A program made the position numbers and the translations under genes. A DNA stretch of 64,000 nucleotides, from NCBI RefSeq assembly GCF_000150275.1, contig NW_002060973.1, positions 1 through 64,000 on the forward strand. Reading direction: 5' to 3'. Positions within the stretch are counted from its first letter, which is position 1. Every line of letters begins with the position of its first letter. The DNA is from Trichoplax adhaerens. Lineage: Eukaryota > Animalia > Placozoa. Below, one piece after another: positions 28,683 to 49,897 of the stretch. Below the pieces are notes generated by a model. The model saw nothing but the letters and a program-made list of their open reading frames with translations, did not search any database and had not been told where the DNA came from.

Positions 28683-29375
28683 CTAGTACAAAATCACGTC
28701 GCTTTGCTGACGGTTTGCGATAATATACCCATTTGTTAATAATTAACAGATAGTATTACCATTCGATATTATATATATCCCGTAATAGCCAGGCTCTACT
28801 ATATATTCGTAGCTATGCTTCTAGAATACTACTTTTCAATAATGCATTCACGGATGAAATGCTATGAAATGCTATATTAAGATTAATTAATGGTCCAAAG
28901 CACACTATGATAACTAATGTACGGTGATGGACATACCAAGTTAAGATTAGCAGGTACTGTAAGATATCTACAGTGCGGGACAATGTCCTTAGTACTGTGG
29001 TCAATTCTATACCAATCATTATAATGTGTCTAAGGATCGCTTGCTCAGTCGATAAAAACCGTTATAAGAAAATATAAGAATCAAAATGGCTGTGTAGAAA
29101 ACTCTATAAAGATTCTATGTTTATTCAATTTTCATCAGAGTATTACATCAAATCAGAATTGAAAGGCCCAGTGGCCATCCTTAGCGATATAACGAATACT
29201 ATTTTAAAAATCAGTACTCTGTAGAAATTACTACCTTTTTAAGAGCTATCGTTTTACATAAAGTAATCTTGAGGTAAAAAATACTGTAAGAATCTTATAC
29301 TGACCTATTGAAATGAACCCATAATCAAAGTCATCTAACAGTAGTATAAATGCCCCTCGCGCTGCTCGTGGGTGG
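28683..29375 (-). mobile_element. Non-autonomous Helitron-like element, copy 2
   Basis: Same CTAG end and hairpin as copy 1. It is absent from the homologous position (about 16250) in block copy A, which gives a filled/empty site pair. Confidence 0.65.
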
Positions 29376-30198
29376 TATGTACAGTATGTATGATAAACTG
29401 TCGCTAGAAATGGCATGATCAAGAAGATATTAAGTTAGTAAACAGCTAATATTGGGTATTGTTATCTATACAGGCCACAGTATATCATACAGTTTATCAT
29501 ACATACTGTATGATAAACTGTCGCTAGAAATGGCATGATGAAGACATTAAGTTAGCAAACAGGTAATACTGGGTATTGTTATTTATACAATCCACGCAGG
29601 GTTCGAATCTCATACTGTATAAATGAGAATATACCTGTCTTTGTATCAAACCACTAATTTCTAAGCAAAATTTTTTACGAAGATTGTCCACAGTATAGGC
29701 TTTAATTATTTTTATTTGGTGATATTACAATTATAAAGCGAGAGCATCCGAAACGTACGATCCATCTTCAAATATTAAAATATAATATTTATGATACAGC
29801 AGAAATAAACGTACCGTATACAAGAGGTATTGCTGTCTTCATCAAATGTGTGAAAGTTATCGCAATTAGACCGTACTGAAGTCTTTTTAACATGTAATGA
29901 AATTTATGATGTTACTGATTAGTATAAAATTAGCTTGATTAATTAACCCCTGTCGCTTCAACGGCAGAAATAACACAGTTTAAAGATCATGATTTAATCT
30001 TTGTTAATATACATATTTATGTAGTGTCCGAACTTACAATCAAATGCTGTTTATTGTAGCGTTCGCCTTGGGATACAGACTATGTGTCTGTAGGGGCAAA
30101 TTGACCTATTGAACCTTTGAGAAGGGTACATAGCACATTCGATCTGCTGTACTGTACACTGTACAGTATAGCACAGATAGCTTTTTTTACATATTTAC

Positions 30199-30250
30199 TA
30201 TTTTTAATTTGCAACTCATTGAACCTTCCATGAGTTGCAAATTAAAAATA
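30199..30250. repeat. Perfect 21-bp inverted repeat with 10-nt loop
   Basis: TATTTTTAATTTGCAACTCAT-tgaaccttcc-ATGAGTTGCAAATTAAAAATA. Confidence 0.95.
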
Positions 30251-31474
30251 AAACTCTGATTGAGTGTAAGTATTGACCAAATCCGGCAAAATACTGCGGT
30301 ACTTGAAGGTAGGTTGAGAATGAAGTGTTAATCAGATGCGAACGACGTTTTATTAGTCTCCCTTCGCCCTACACAGTATATTATCCTGATCATCTGAACC
30401 TACCTTAAATTTTTTAGATCTAACTAGAGAGGAATAACATTAGACGAGTCTCTCCAGGATAAAAGATAAATATTTATATTTGCCCCTTTACAAACATCCC
30501 GTGGTGCTTACTTGCCCCTTGCCAAACCTGTCCTATAACCTTAGATAACCAACCATAAGACATGGACATATACCACACGGAGGATAAATTAAATTGAATT
30601 ATCTCATTCGATGAATCTATCGTTAAAACAACAGTGCGTTTAGTACGAAAGTCGTGCTATATCCTCAAGACATTACATTTTGCTCAATATGAGACATTTA
30701 AACATTTTTCCTGCTTTCCAAGTCGTTAAAATTCTAAATGTACTATATCTTCAAAGTATGCAAATATCCTTAAATATTTGAAATTTAATTCAGCTATCTG
30801 TTCTTTCGTAGTCCTATAACATCTTCTACCTCTAGACTTTAGTCTACTTAGGTTAATTATAGCCAATTGCTACCTTTACCCGTATCTAACCCTATAAATA
30901 AGTATGTCTATCCTTACAATATAAAATAGTCATCTTGAATCTATTAAGTAAGAATCTATTCGAGACATACGTTTCGTACATAAACAACCCTTCGTATCAC
31001 TGATTGTCAGCGTTAGATTTGCTTTTTTATCTTATCGTTCATTTAGTTTCTCTTCTTGACCTCTTACGGAAATTTATGAAATTCAATCAACTACTATATT
31101 TGACTTTATCTTCAAATGCAAAGTGACATTACCCCATAGTTAACATCTCTACGTTAATACGTATACGAAATTAACTTTCTTACAAGAAGGTATTATTAGG
31201 ATTTTGCATAAGCTACGGAACTGCCACCCGTAATTATCGGGAATAATTTGGAAGTATGATCTAAAATAAACATTCATAAAAGTTATTATTCTTTTATTGG
31301 CTGAAAGTCCGTATTTTCGGCTAAAGTTCAACTGGTTGACACTGTATGCCGCAGCGTGAAGACTCGATACATTACTTAAGTTGAACGAGTAAAGTTTTCA
31401 AGCAGAAACATCCGAAGGATCGCCGCTCGCTTGTAAATTCTTCAAAGAGGTTCCGGTAATAATTGCTTTCATCT

Positions 31475-31524
31475 NNNNNNNNNNNNNNNNNNNNNNNNNN
31501 NNNNNNNNNNNNNNNNNNNNNNNN
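31475..31524. other. Assembly gap (50 N)
   Basis: Run of N. Confidence 1.
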
Positions 31525-33313
31525 TTGAGTGAGGCATAAATCAAATATTAATTGTACTGGCTGTGCATTAAAGTAGGATCACTACAATCGATGCATCGCC
31601 ATTGCGTGCTGCTACCTTCAAGCTGAGCACAACATATAAATAACTTTTGGTCATCCAATATGATCGGAAAGATAGTGCTGACTACAAGAAATGATTGCTG
31701 ATTAATTTACCATGATTTCCAACTAGAAATAATATTGCGAACAAGGTATAACGACAGCAAGCAGCACTACTGGCAGGAAACTTCATCATCGACTTTAGTC
31801 AAAAGGATGCAGGGCGAGCTGCTGCCAAGCCGTTTCTTGTACTGTACAGTACAGTTCTTTATATATTTTATGGAGTACTGTAGATGTACTGTACAGTACA
31901 GTACTGTACAGTACATACAGTACTGTACAGTGTGAACCAGTTCGCATCAGAGTACTTTAAGGTACCCTAAAATCACGAGTGTGAATCCAAATGTAATAAG
32001 AATTATACGAATATAAAGCTGAATAACTTCATCTATCTGTATGTATAGAATTTAAGGCAAATTTTGCAACTTTACTACAATTTATTTTGCCTAATAGCAC
32101 TGTACTGTACGGTATGAAGTCCTGGAAAGTACTGTACTGTACTGTACTGTACATTGTACAATTGTACATACTGTACTGTATTATAACATTATGCTGTACA
32201 GTATACTGTACGAGCATAAAGTACAGTACGCAGTTTCGCTTAGCTTTGCATATCATTCTTGATGGAGGATAGGAATTCATAGGATGGAAGCGAGCTAAAC
32301 ATGAACTAAAATATGGACTAGTAGTCCATAATTAAAATCGATTACAAATCTATTCTTGCCAGTAGTAGTTCAAGAACATTACAGCTTTTGCTAAATAAAC
32401 GCCTGAGACACAACAATTACAGGAGTGATTACTACTCTTAACCAGTTTTTTATTGTATTTATCATTTCTTCTGGTGGTGGAAATGGCGGAGGATGAGAGC
32501 AAAGACCACGAAAAACAAACCAATATTGCAAAGGTAGAGTGTAACTTGCTTCCTACGATATTGACATTCCAATTTCTGTCTGTAGATTGATGAAAGATTG
32601 ATTTCTGTACCATGAACACTGGATGAGGAGATCCAGAAAAATTAATCGAGCTTGCAGTATACTGACTATAAGGTTGCACTGTATTTGTTGTCTATCTACA
32701 GTATTTACTGTACGCGTCTATCGGATAAAGTAGAGTTTACTACGTATAAAGTGTGCCAGCGTTCGCTACAGCTATGACGTAGAATAGATAACTTAAAATA
32801 GAATTGCGAGCATACCCTATGCAGTATATCAGCAAATAATTTATCCGTTTCAAGGTGATAATGTCCTGCTACCTTGGTCTAGATTCCTTCTCCAGACGTC
32901 TACGTACAGTATTACTTTACCACAAGCTTGGTTACATTAAAAACTGGTCAATTTGTATCTAAATTTAAATGAATCAGCGCATCGTGTCGAATTGATTATT
33001 CGTACTAAAATGGATATGAATTACACTGCAGGAGTCATCGTTCAAGCAAGCCTTCTCTTTTATCAAGGACAGTTCGCACTATCAAGAAATAGAAGCCAGC
33101 AGCTCATCGTCGAATATAAGGTTACCAGTATTCATTTCCAAAAATATTGATGTCAGATACTGTAGCTATAAATATTTATACAATATAATGACAGTCATTG
33201 ACAATGAACTGACTAATAGTGCTCATGAAGTGAAATAAGTAACACATTGCTAACATTAGATGATGTCTTGCTTGTCAAATACAGTCTTCCTCGACAACCT
33301 TTAAACACTAACT
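31525..33313 (+). repeat. Gap-flanked near-identical duplicate of 52361-53919 (GNPTG exon 1, bidirectional promoter, ERCC1 5' exons)
   Basis: Only scattered substitutions and small indels outside the ACAGT array. Both ends abut N gaps. Confidence 0.95.
31838..32230. repeat. ACAGT/ACTGT pentamer fold-back array (in the duplicated contig)
   Basis: Runs of TACAG and CTGTA joined at TGTACA/AGTACT palindromes, split by about 160 bp of unique sequence. Confidence 0.9.
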
Positions 33314-33363
33314 NNNNNNNNNNNNNNNNNNNNNNNNNNNNNNNNNNNNNNNNNNNNNNNNNN
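33314..33363. other. Assembly gap (50 N)
   Basis: Run of N. Confidence 1.
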
Positions 33364-33432
33364 TGCGGGAAATCCGAATAACATGCAACATCATATGCAA
33401 ATCAGGCGCAACGTGCTTAATGTTCTGCACCG

Positions 33433-33701
33433 GTACAGTAAGTACAGTACATACTGTAAGTACGATATAAATACTGTACTGTACTGTATGGACTGTACAG
33501 TACAGTACTTTACAGTGTTTATTGTACTGTACTGTACAGTACAATGTACAATGTACAGTACAGTACTGTATGCCGCATACTGTACTGTACGTTGTCTATG
33601 CTATACTGTACAGTACGGTACTGTTACTGTACAGTACTGTAGGATCACGACTGCTTTGCACAATCATTGCACAGAAATACAGTATAATATATAGTACTGT
33701 A
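33433..33701. repeat. ACAGT/ACTGT pentamer array upstream of TPI
   Basis: Dense TACAG/CTGTA units ending about 150 bp before the TPI ATG. Confidence 0.92.
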
Positions 33702-33854
33702 TGGCATGGTTGTGGCATGTACTAAACGTATCTCTATCACCCGTAGAAACAAACCTCACCAGCTTGACTAGGTGACAGTTTGCAGTTTGTACTTACTGGA
33801 AGCTGATTTGAACTTCATTTACTATTCAGCACGATAGCATAGAAGTGTAGTAAA

Positions 33855-35853
<1,999 letters not shown>

Positions 35854-36994
35854 TTAATGATTTCGACTTGATTTGGCCATTGCCCTAACTATTTTAGCAA
35901 GGGTTGCTTCATATGTTTAATGTTATTATTTAGTACATGCTGTTCCCTTGTCTGTTATTGATTGCTAGCATTCCATTATATTGAAATAAAATTGAAAACA
36001 ACCTTATTGTTACATAATGTTGGTATTCATGAAAGTATCAACTATTAAGACAGACTTAATTGTACAGTAATGCATTTATAGCTCATCGCAAGCTATTATA
36101 ATAACCCTCAGAATGTTAACGCATAGGAAATTTCTGCCATTTTAGGCTCAAAATGAAACTTAACTGCTAACTGTCTTCGGTTCTGTCCGTAGTGATGCAT
36201 TAACCAGGTTGAACATACTGCAGTATGGCTCCATTTAAAACTGAATTTCAGATAACGAATAGCTTAGTACCGATATTAGCTAAAGCACACGGAATTATAG
36301 CGGAAATGGCTATAATGATAAAATATATAATTGATCCTCAGACGGCTAGAGAATTTACAATTTATTAATCTTCTAAATTACAGTAATTAAAATGAATTGA
36401 GATACGCACTTTCGAGTAGTGTCAAAGAATCTTAAGTATTTAATACGTTCATCGATAGGTGTAGCATTAGTAGCAACAGCATTCATTCCGAAACACGACC
36501 ACTGTTACAGTAGAATGTCAAGTAAAAAGTCTTAAGTGTTAATAATTGCTCGTAAATTAGTCGTTTTGACTTAGTGAATAGGTTGGGCATTGAAATTCAC
36601 AACTTAAATGACAAAGTCGCTATTATCGGAGTACCCGAGAACTAATGCACAAATGTAACTTTAATGAATAGCAATTCTACAAAAACAATAATTATTATCT
36701 TAAAATAAGGATGACGTACTAGCCAATTTGAAGTATCAATTATGATTAATATATAAACCTCTCTTATGTTGATTTTATTACATGTCTAAGGTAATTAATT
36801 GACAATTTGGATAACTGATACTAAAGAATACGAGTACTTAAACTATTCATTTATGACTGTTTCACAAAGTTACTTGTACTGTGCAAGACTTTCAAAGGAT
36901 ATTAACTTGTCAGGTTCTTAAGATTTATATAGCGTTAGCAAATCCTAGACTAATAAAATTTGTTGGAATTCATAACTATTTCACGGTAATATAG

Positions 36995-38950
36995 TTAAAA
37001 TGGATTTGTAAAGTTTTGTGCTGGGAATGGTTGCATAGGCTGGTCATAAGGTGTACTACCAACAGGAGCAATACCTGAAGCCATAGGTGACATTCCAGTG
37101 GCTGCAGTATTACGCAACTGATTCATAGATGGCCGCTGTTGCGGCTGACAGAAAGGATTTTGGGGTCGTTGATTGCTTGAATTTTGAAAAGGGTTGGTCG
37201 ACATTCCATCAGCAACAGGAGCATTTACGACCAATGTTTCTAAATTGACTAAAGACGAGTTTTCGCCTAAGAAACTCTTAGCGTCTTTTAATTTTGATGA
37301 TGAATTCGATGTATCTCCATGAGCAACCTGATTGATATTCATCGGTGTCAATATGGAAGCGTTATTGGTATTATCAGCACCTTCTGATGCGTTTGGATTA
37401 GTTAATCGTAATGATGCAAAATCATCTAATTCATCCTTGTGAGCAGATGGTTTCGATTGCCAAGGGTCACTTTGAGAGGGAGCCGACGTTTCATTTTGAG
37501 TGGCCCATGGATCATTGGCTGCTGCTACTGGTTGATTATTATTTAAAGAAGGAGCAGCTGCAGCTTTAACAGACTGAATAGGAGGTTCTGTATTCGAACT
37601 CCATTGGTCAGCATAAAGTTGTGGGTTAGCCGTCGTTTGCTGTTGAAAAGGATCCACAGACTGACTTACTGAGGCTTGGGTTGGAACATTACCGACAGGT
37701 ATGTTATTAGACGACCAAGGATCACTTGTCGTGGCTGCTGTCTGATTTAATGGTTGCGCCGGCTGTGCAGACCAAAGATCAGCATTGGACACTGAAGTCT
37801 GAACCGGATTTGCAGGTTGCGTAGACCATGGATCCTTATTGGTAACCAATGCTTGTGAACTTGCAGGAGGCGCTGACCAAGGATCATTGGTGGTAACTTG
37901 GGCAGAAGTTTGCGGTTGCGTTATGTTGCCAGTGGATTGAATTGAACTAGCTGCTGATCCCCAAGGATCTACCAAAGCATTGGATTGCATATTTACAGAA
38001 GGAGGCTGACTTTGCACTGCAGGAAACGAATTTGCTCCTGAGGACCAAGGATCACCGCCCACAGTACCTCTATTTGAAATCGTTTGATTTTGCTGATTAA
38101 CAAGAATACTTTCATTGATGGCTTTCTTGAGCTGTTGATCTTCGTGTAGTTGCCGTTTCTCGTGATCTTGAGCAGCTTGTCTACTCATTGCAAGGGCTAA
38201 ATTTAATTGCATTTCCTCTTCAGCAGCTGTTGATGGCGCATCAGATATCACAGAATCAACCGTCGTTATGCCAACACTACTCGGTACAGCATTGGTGGTA
38301 TTAGCGCTAACAACGGTTGGGACTGCGACTGGGGCTGGAGCTGGGGCTGGAGCCTGGGCAGGAAGTGGAGGCGGATAAGCAACACTAACTGGTACACCAA
38401 CAACGGTGGTTGTTGGATGGAATGTAATCTGTTGTGAAGTAGGGTTCGAAGGCGGTGTCTGCATTACTGGCTTTCCAGTTTGGCCACTAGCCCTGATAAA
38501 TCTTTCTTTAGCTTTGAGAGCCTTTTCTCGTTCTTCTTTCAATCGTTCGTCGTCCTTTAATAGAGCAACCAAATGCTTGGCTTTTTCTCGAACATTTAGT
38601 CCCTGATCCTTGTTGTCTTTATCAATAAATTGAAAATCCTTCAGCGTCTGGATAGCAAAGATATTCTCGCGACAATTTTGCGTTACTCTGTCCGATCCAG
38701 TCTTGATGATGTATTCCAACAAAGTCAGTGCTTTATAAACGTGTCTCCAGTTCTTACCATGATCATTTAAACGTTTCCAAACAATATCCATAATTTCTTG
38801 AAAAGCAGACATGTTGTAAGTTGCGTCGGCAATTTCGGTCATGATGGTGGAACTTGGGCCCCATGGATCATTCGAGGTAGCTTCTCGTACCTTCCTTTGG
38901 ACATCAGTATAATTATAAACTACATTCTTAAAGGAACGCGTGATCGGCAT
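36995..38950 (-). CDS. EPN: Epsin (ENTH, UIM, DPW repeats, NPF motifs); single coding exon
   Basis: KVREATSNDPWGPSS and KNWRHVYKALTLLEY (ENTH), EEEMQLNLALAMS (UIM), multiple DPW, LVNLETLV clathrin-box-like motif and three NPF including the C-terminal TNPF. The first ATG is at 38950 (the ORF track starts at TTG). Confidence 0.96.
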   Translation of the reverse strand: MPITRSFKNVVYNYTDVQRKVREATSNDPWGPSSTIMTEIADATYNMSAFQEIMDIVWKRLNDHGKNWRHVYKALTLLEYIIKTGSDRVTQNCRENIFAIQTLKDFQFIDKDNKDQGLNVREKAKHLVALLKDDERLKEEREKALKAKERFIRASGQTGKPVMQTPPSNPTSQQITFHPTTTVVGVPVSVAYPPPLPAQAPAPAPAPVAVPTVVSANTTNAVPSSVGITTVDSVISDAPSTAAEEEMQLNLALAMSRQAAQDHEKRQLHEDQQLKKAINESILVNQQNQTISNRGTVGGDPWSSGANSFPAVQSQPPSVNMQSNALVDPWGSAASSIQSTGNITQPQTSAQVTTNDPWSAPPASSQALVTNKDPWSTQPANPVQTSVSNADLWSAQPAQPLNQTAATTSDPWSSNNIPVGNVPTQASVSQSVDPFQQQTTANPQLYADQWSSNTEPPIQSVKAAAAPSLNNNQPVAAANDPWATQNETSAPSQSDPWQSKPSAHKDELDDFASLRLTNPNASEGADNTNNASILTPMNINQVAHGDTSNSSSKLKDAKSFLGENSSLVNLETLVVNAPVADGMSTNPFQNSSNQRPQNPFCQPQQRPSMNQLRNTAATGMSPMASGIAPVGSTPYDQPMQPFPAQNFTNPF

Positions 38951-39049
38951 TCTCAATAGTCAAATAAACTAGTTTTATAAACTTGTAACTAGATTAAAAT
39001 ATAGTAAATGCAGTTAAGACATTCACTTTTCAACGCAGCGCGACGACAA

Positions 39050-39725
39050 GTACCGTACAGTACGCCAACAGCAATAAATGCCTGTAAAATAAAATGGCTT
39101 TTAGACTGGAAGACTTACAGTACAGTACAGTACAGTATTTTACGAGTAGTGTGTACAGTCCTAGAACTACCCATTCAAGTTTTGTACTGTACAGTACTGT
39201 ACAGTACAAGGACTTCTGGAAAGAAAATGAATTTCTCTTCAAATCTTGTACAGTACAGTACAGTACAGTACAGCACATTACAGTACATACTGTACAGTAC
39301 AGTACAGTACTGCATGCGTTCGGATTGTGTTGCACCAAAAACAACTTCAGACTTCATTTACAGTACACATTTACTTCATTTACTGTTGTACTGTACTGTA
39401 CAGTACAGTGTACCCTGTACAGTGTACAGTACGGTATGTCCAAATTTACTGTACTGTACAGTGCAATTTACAGCACAGTTTAGAATTAATAGTACTGTAC
39501 ACTGTACACTCAGTACAACATTATTTGATATCGTTATTACGTTGTCGAGAGAGTTCAATGGTTCGATTGTACTGTAGATTGTACTGTACTGTACACTGTC
39601 ATGACTGACTGTACCTTGGACTACGCACAGTAGTAGAAATCACTACTATTTACAGTACTGTATATTAACGTGTAATTCGACCGAAGTGCTATTGTACTGT
39701 ACTGTACAGTGTACAGTACAGTAGT
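39050..39725. repeat. Large ACAGT/ACTGT array 5' of the epsin CDS (probably in its 5'UTR intron)
   Basis: About 670 bp rich in TACAG/CTGTA, bracketed on the minus strand by a donor (GTAAGA near 39738) and an acceptor (TTTTAATCTAG near 38990). Confidence 0.9.
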
Positions 39726-40150
39726 AAGAAGTTCTTACTTAATTCTCATTGGCTGACGTACTTGCATAGAAACTTCTTGTCAAAAAATTTGACCTCTTTA
39801 TAATGGCTCCAACATTAAGGTATTTGAAAAGGGAGGCAATTTTGAAGTGGGATAAACGGAGGTTCGTAATAAGAAAGGTTAAATATAACTCGAGGATTTC
39901 ACAATAAATCGCCACCACTTCTTGGGTATCTTAGTCAGTATTTTATTAGTTCTCCAACATGGCATTTATATTCGTTTAAAATTACACAATAGTCAAACAG
40001 GTTAAAACTGGTCATTCAATCGGAAAATTACAACCCATACAAAATCTTGCAAACACTAGTCTATCTCTTTAAATTACTTAGTTAATACTGTACAAAGAAG
40101 AGATCAACTAAACTCAATTCTACAGTAGCATTTACAACCAGACGAAATTG

Positions 40151-40270
40151 CTGTACTGTACTGTACTGTACTGTACAGGGTTAGGGTTAGGGTACAGTAC
40201 AGTGTACTGTACTGTACAGTACAGTACAGTACGTACTGTACAGTGCATATTGTATAGTACTGTACAGTAC
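40151..40270. repeat. ACAGT/ACTGT array upstream of ABCC with embedded telomeric repeats at 40177-40192
   Basis: (CTGTA)5-C-AGGGTTAGGGTTAGG-GTACAGTACAG... Confidence 0.93.
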
Positions 40271-40352
40271 GCTAACCTCGCTTTTATGTCTTCTCCCTTT
40301 CATCAGTGATTTAAACACTCACAGTAGACGGGAATGACGTAGCCTTTTAGAA

Positions 40353-48637
<8,285 letters not shown>

Positions 48638-49897
48638 CACTTACATTTGAGTTGTAATCTGTACGTTGTTATACGGTAGAAAGTATCATTTAAGTATAAT
48701 GAATCGTAGCATCTTTTTAATTAGTATCATAACAACTAAAGACTAATTTCCGTTTTACCTTTCATCGTGTATTAGTATCAACTACGTAATTTTTCTATGT
48801 CGTAAGTTACGATTATTTAATTCATATCTGATGAAGTGATTCTTAGTTGTAAGATCACTTCTCAAAAACGTGGGTTTATGTGAAGAATTGTTGTATTCAT
48901 CATTAATGTTGACTTTTATCCTAATTTTATAAGATGTTAAAGAGATACATTTAACAAACTGTTTAAAATTTATTTTGCACTTTAAGTGGTTCTTAAGATG
49001 CATGTAGTACTCGTAGACGATATGTTCGAACTTTCTTGGTCTTCATTTTAAAGATAGGGCTTGCCTAAATTTTAAATCACAATACGCGTATGTAGGTCAA
49101 TTAGAATATCATCGCTTATCTACGACACTTTTGCTAAAATTTTAATCTGCAACTTGTGACTTAGGTCGCAACATGGCTAATTAGGGAAATATAAGATGCT
49201 AATAATCGTAATTGCTATTTCTCTAGTAACAAATTTCGATTTAATCGCATATGGGAAAATGAAAGATAATATATTTTTTTCCTTTTAGCTAAAATATAGC
49301 AGGAGGTCTCATTTAATAAAGGCTATAATTGTAAGCTTATATATGTACTCACAGTGGATGGCAGTAGATAATATAATAAAAACAATTTAAATGTCAATCT
49401 TTTGAAAGTCGCGTTACTTTTCTGTAAAATGAGCCCAGGCACATTCGTAGTCATGCTAGTTGATTAAGACTAGGTTAATGTCATTTTCGTTTTGCATATT
49501 ATAAAGCCAAAGTTAAGGTTATTCGCAAACGATGTATGTAGCTGCTGGAATAACACAGTCGTTAGCGCACTTAGTTTTCGCCTTTGCAATCACCATTGTG
49601 ATCAAAATTTATTATCACGTTTCTTTAACCGCAGTTGTACTGTATCACAAATAATCATATTCTACAAAAATATTAGTCTATAACAATTTAAGTACAATCG
49701 TTTTGCAACTGCAATGGAAGAAAACCAATAAATAATTTGACTCTATAAGCTGATATGCCTTGCAAATGTAGTGAAAAGGTAATCCTATACTGTTCATAAC
49801 TTCTTTACAATCTACGAATTTATGCTTTATGAATTTGCAACTTTCAGCTTGTAGATGAAATCTCTTTATAATTCATTGCATCTATGTTTTATCGTTA

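Larger units (their letters stand above)
28460..31465 (+). repeat. Diverged duplicated block, copy B, interrupted by several insertions and ending at a gap
   Basis: Colinear with 16030-17620, plus inserts at about 28683-29375, 29935-29995, 30055-30280 and 30300-30680 and a tandem duplication at about 29390-29590. Confidence 0.88.

Noticed and set aside
29942-29995. TTAACCCC piggyBac-like end
   Set aside because: No matching opposite terminus found; too short to support.
33433-33701. CRISPR-like interpretation of the repeat arrays
   Set aside because: No constant-length repeat/spacer structure, no cas genes, and a eukaryotic context.
39008-39608. Overlapping ORFs rich in YSTVQ/YCTVL (also 31735-32280 and 33308-33725)
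   Set aside because: Translations of the ACAGT pentamer arrays, which contain few stop codons in any frame.
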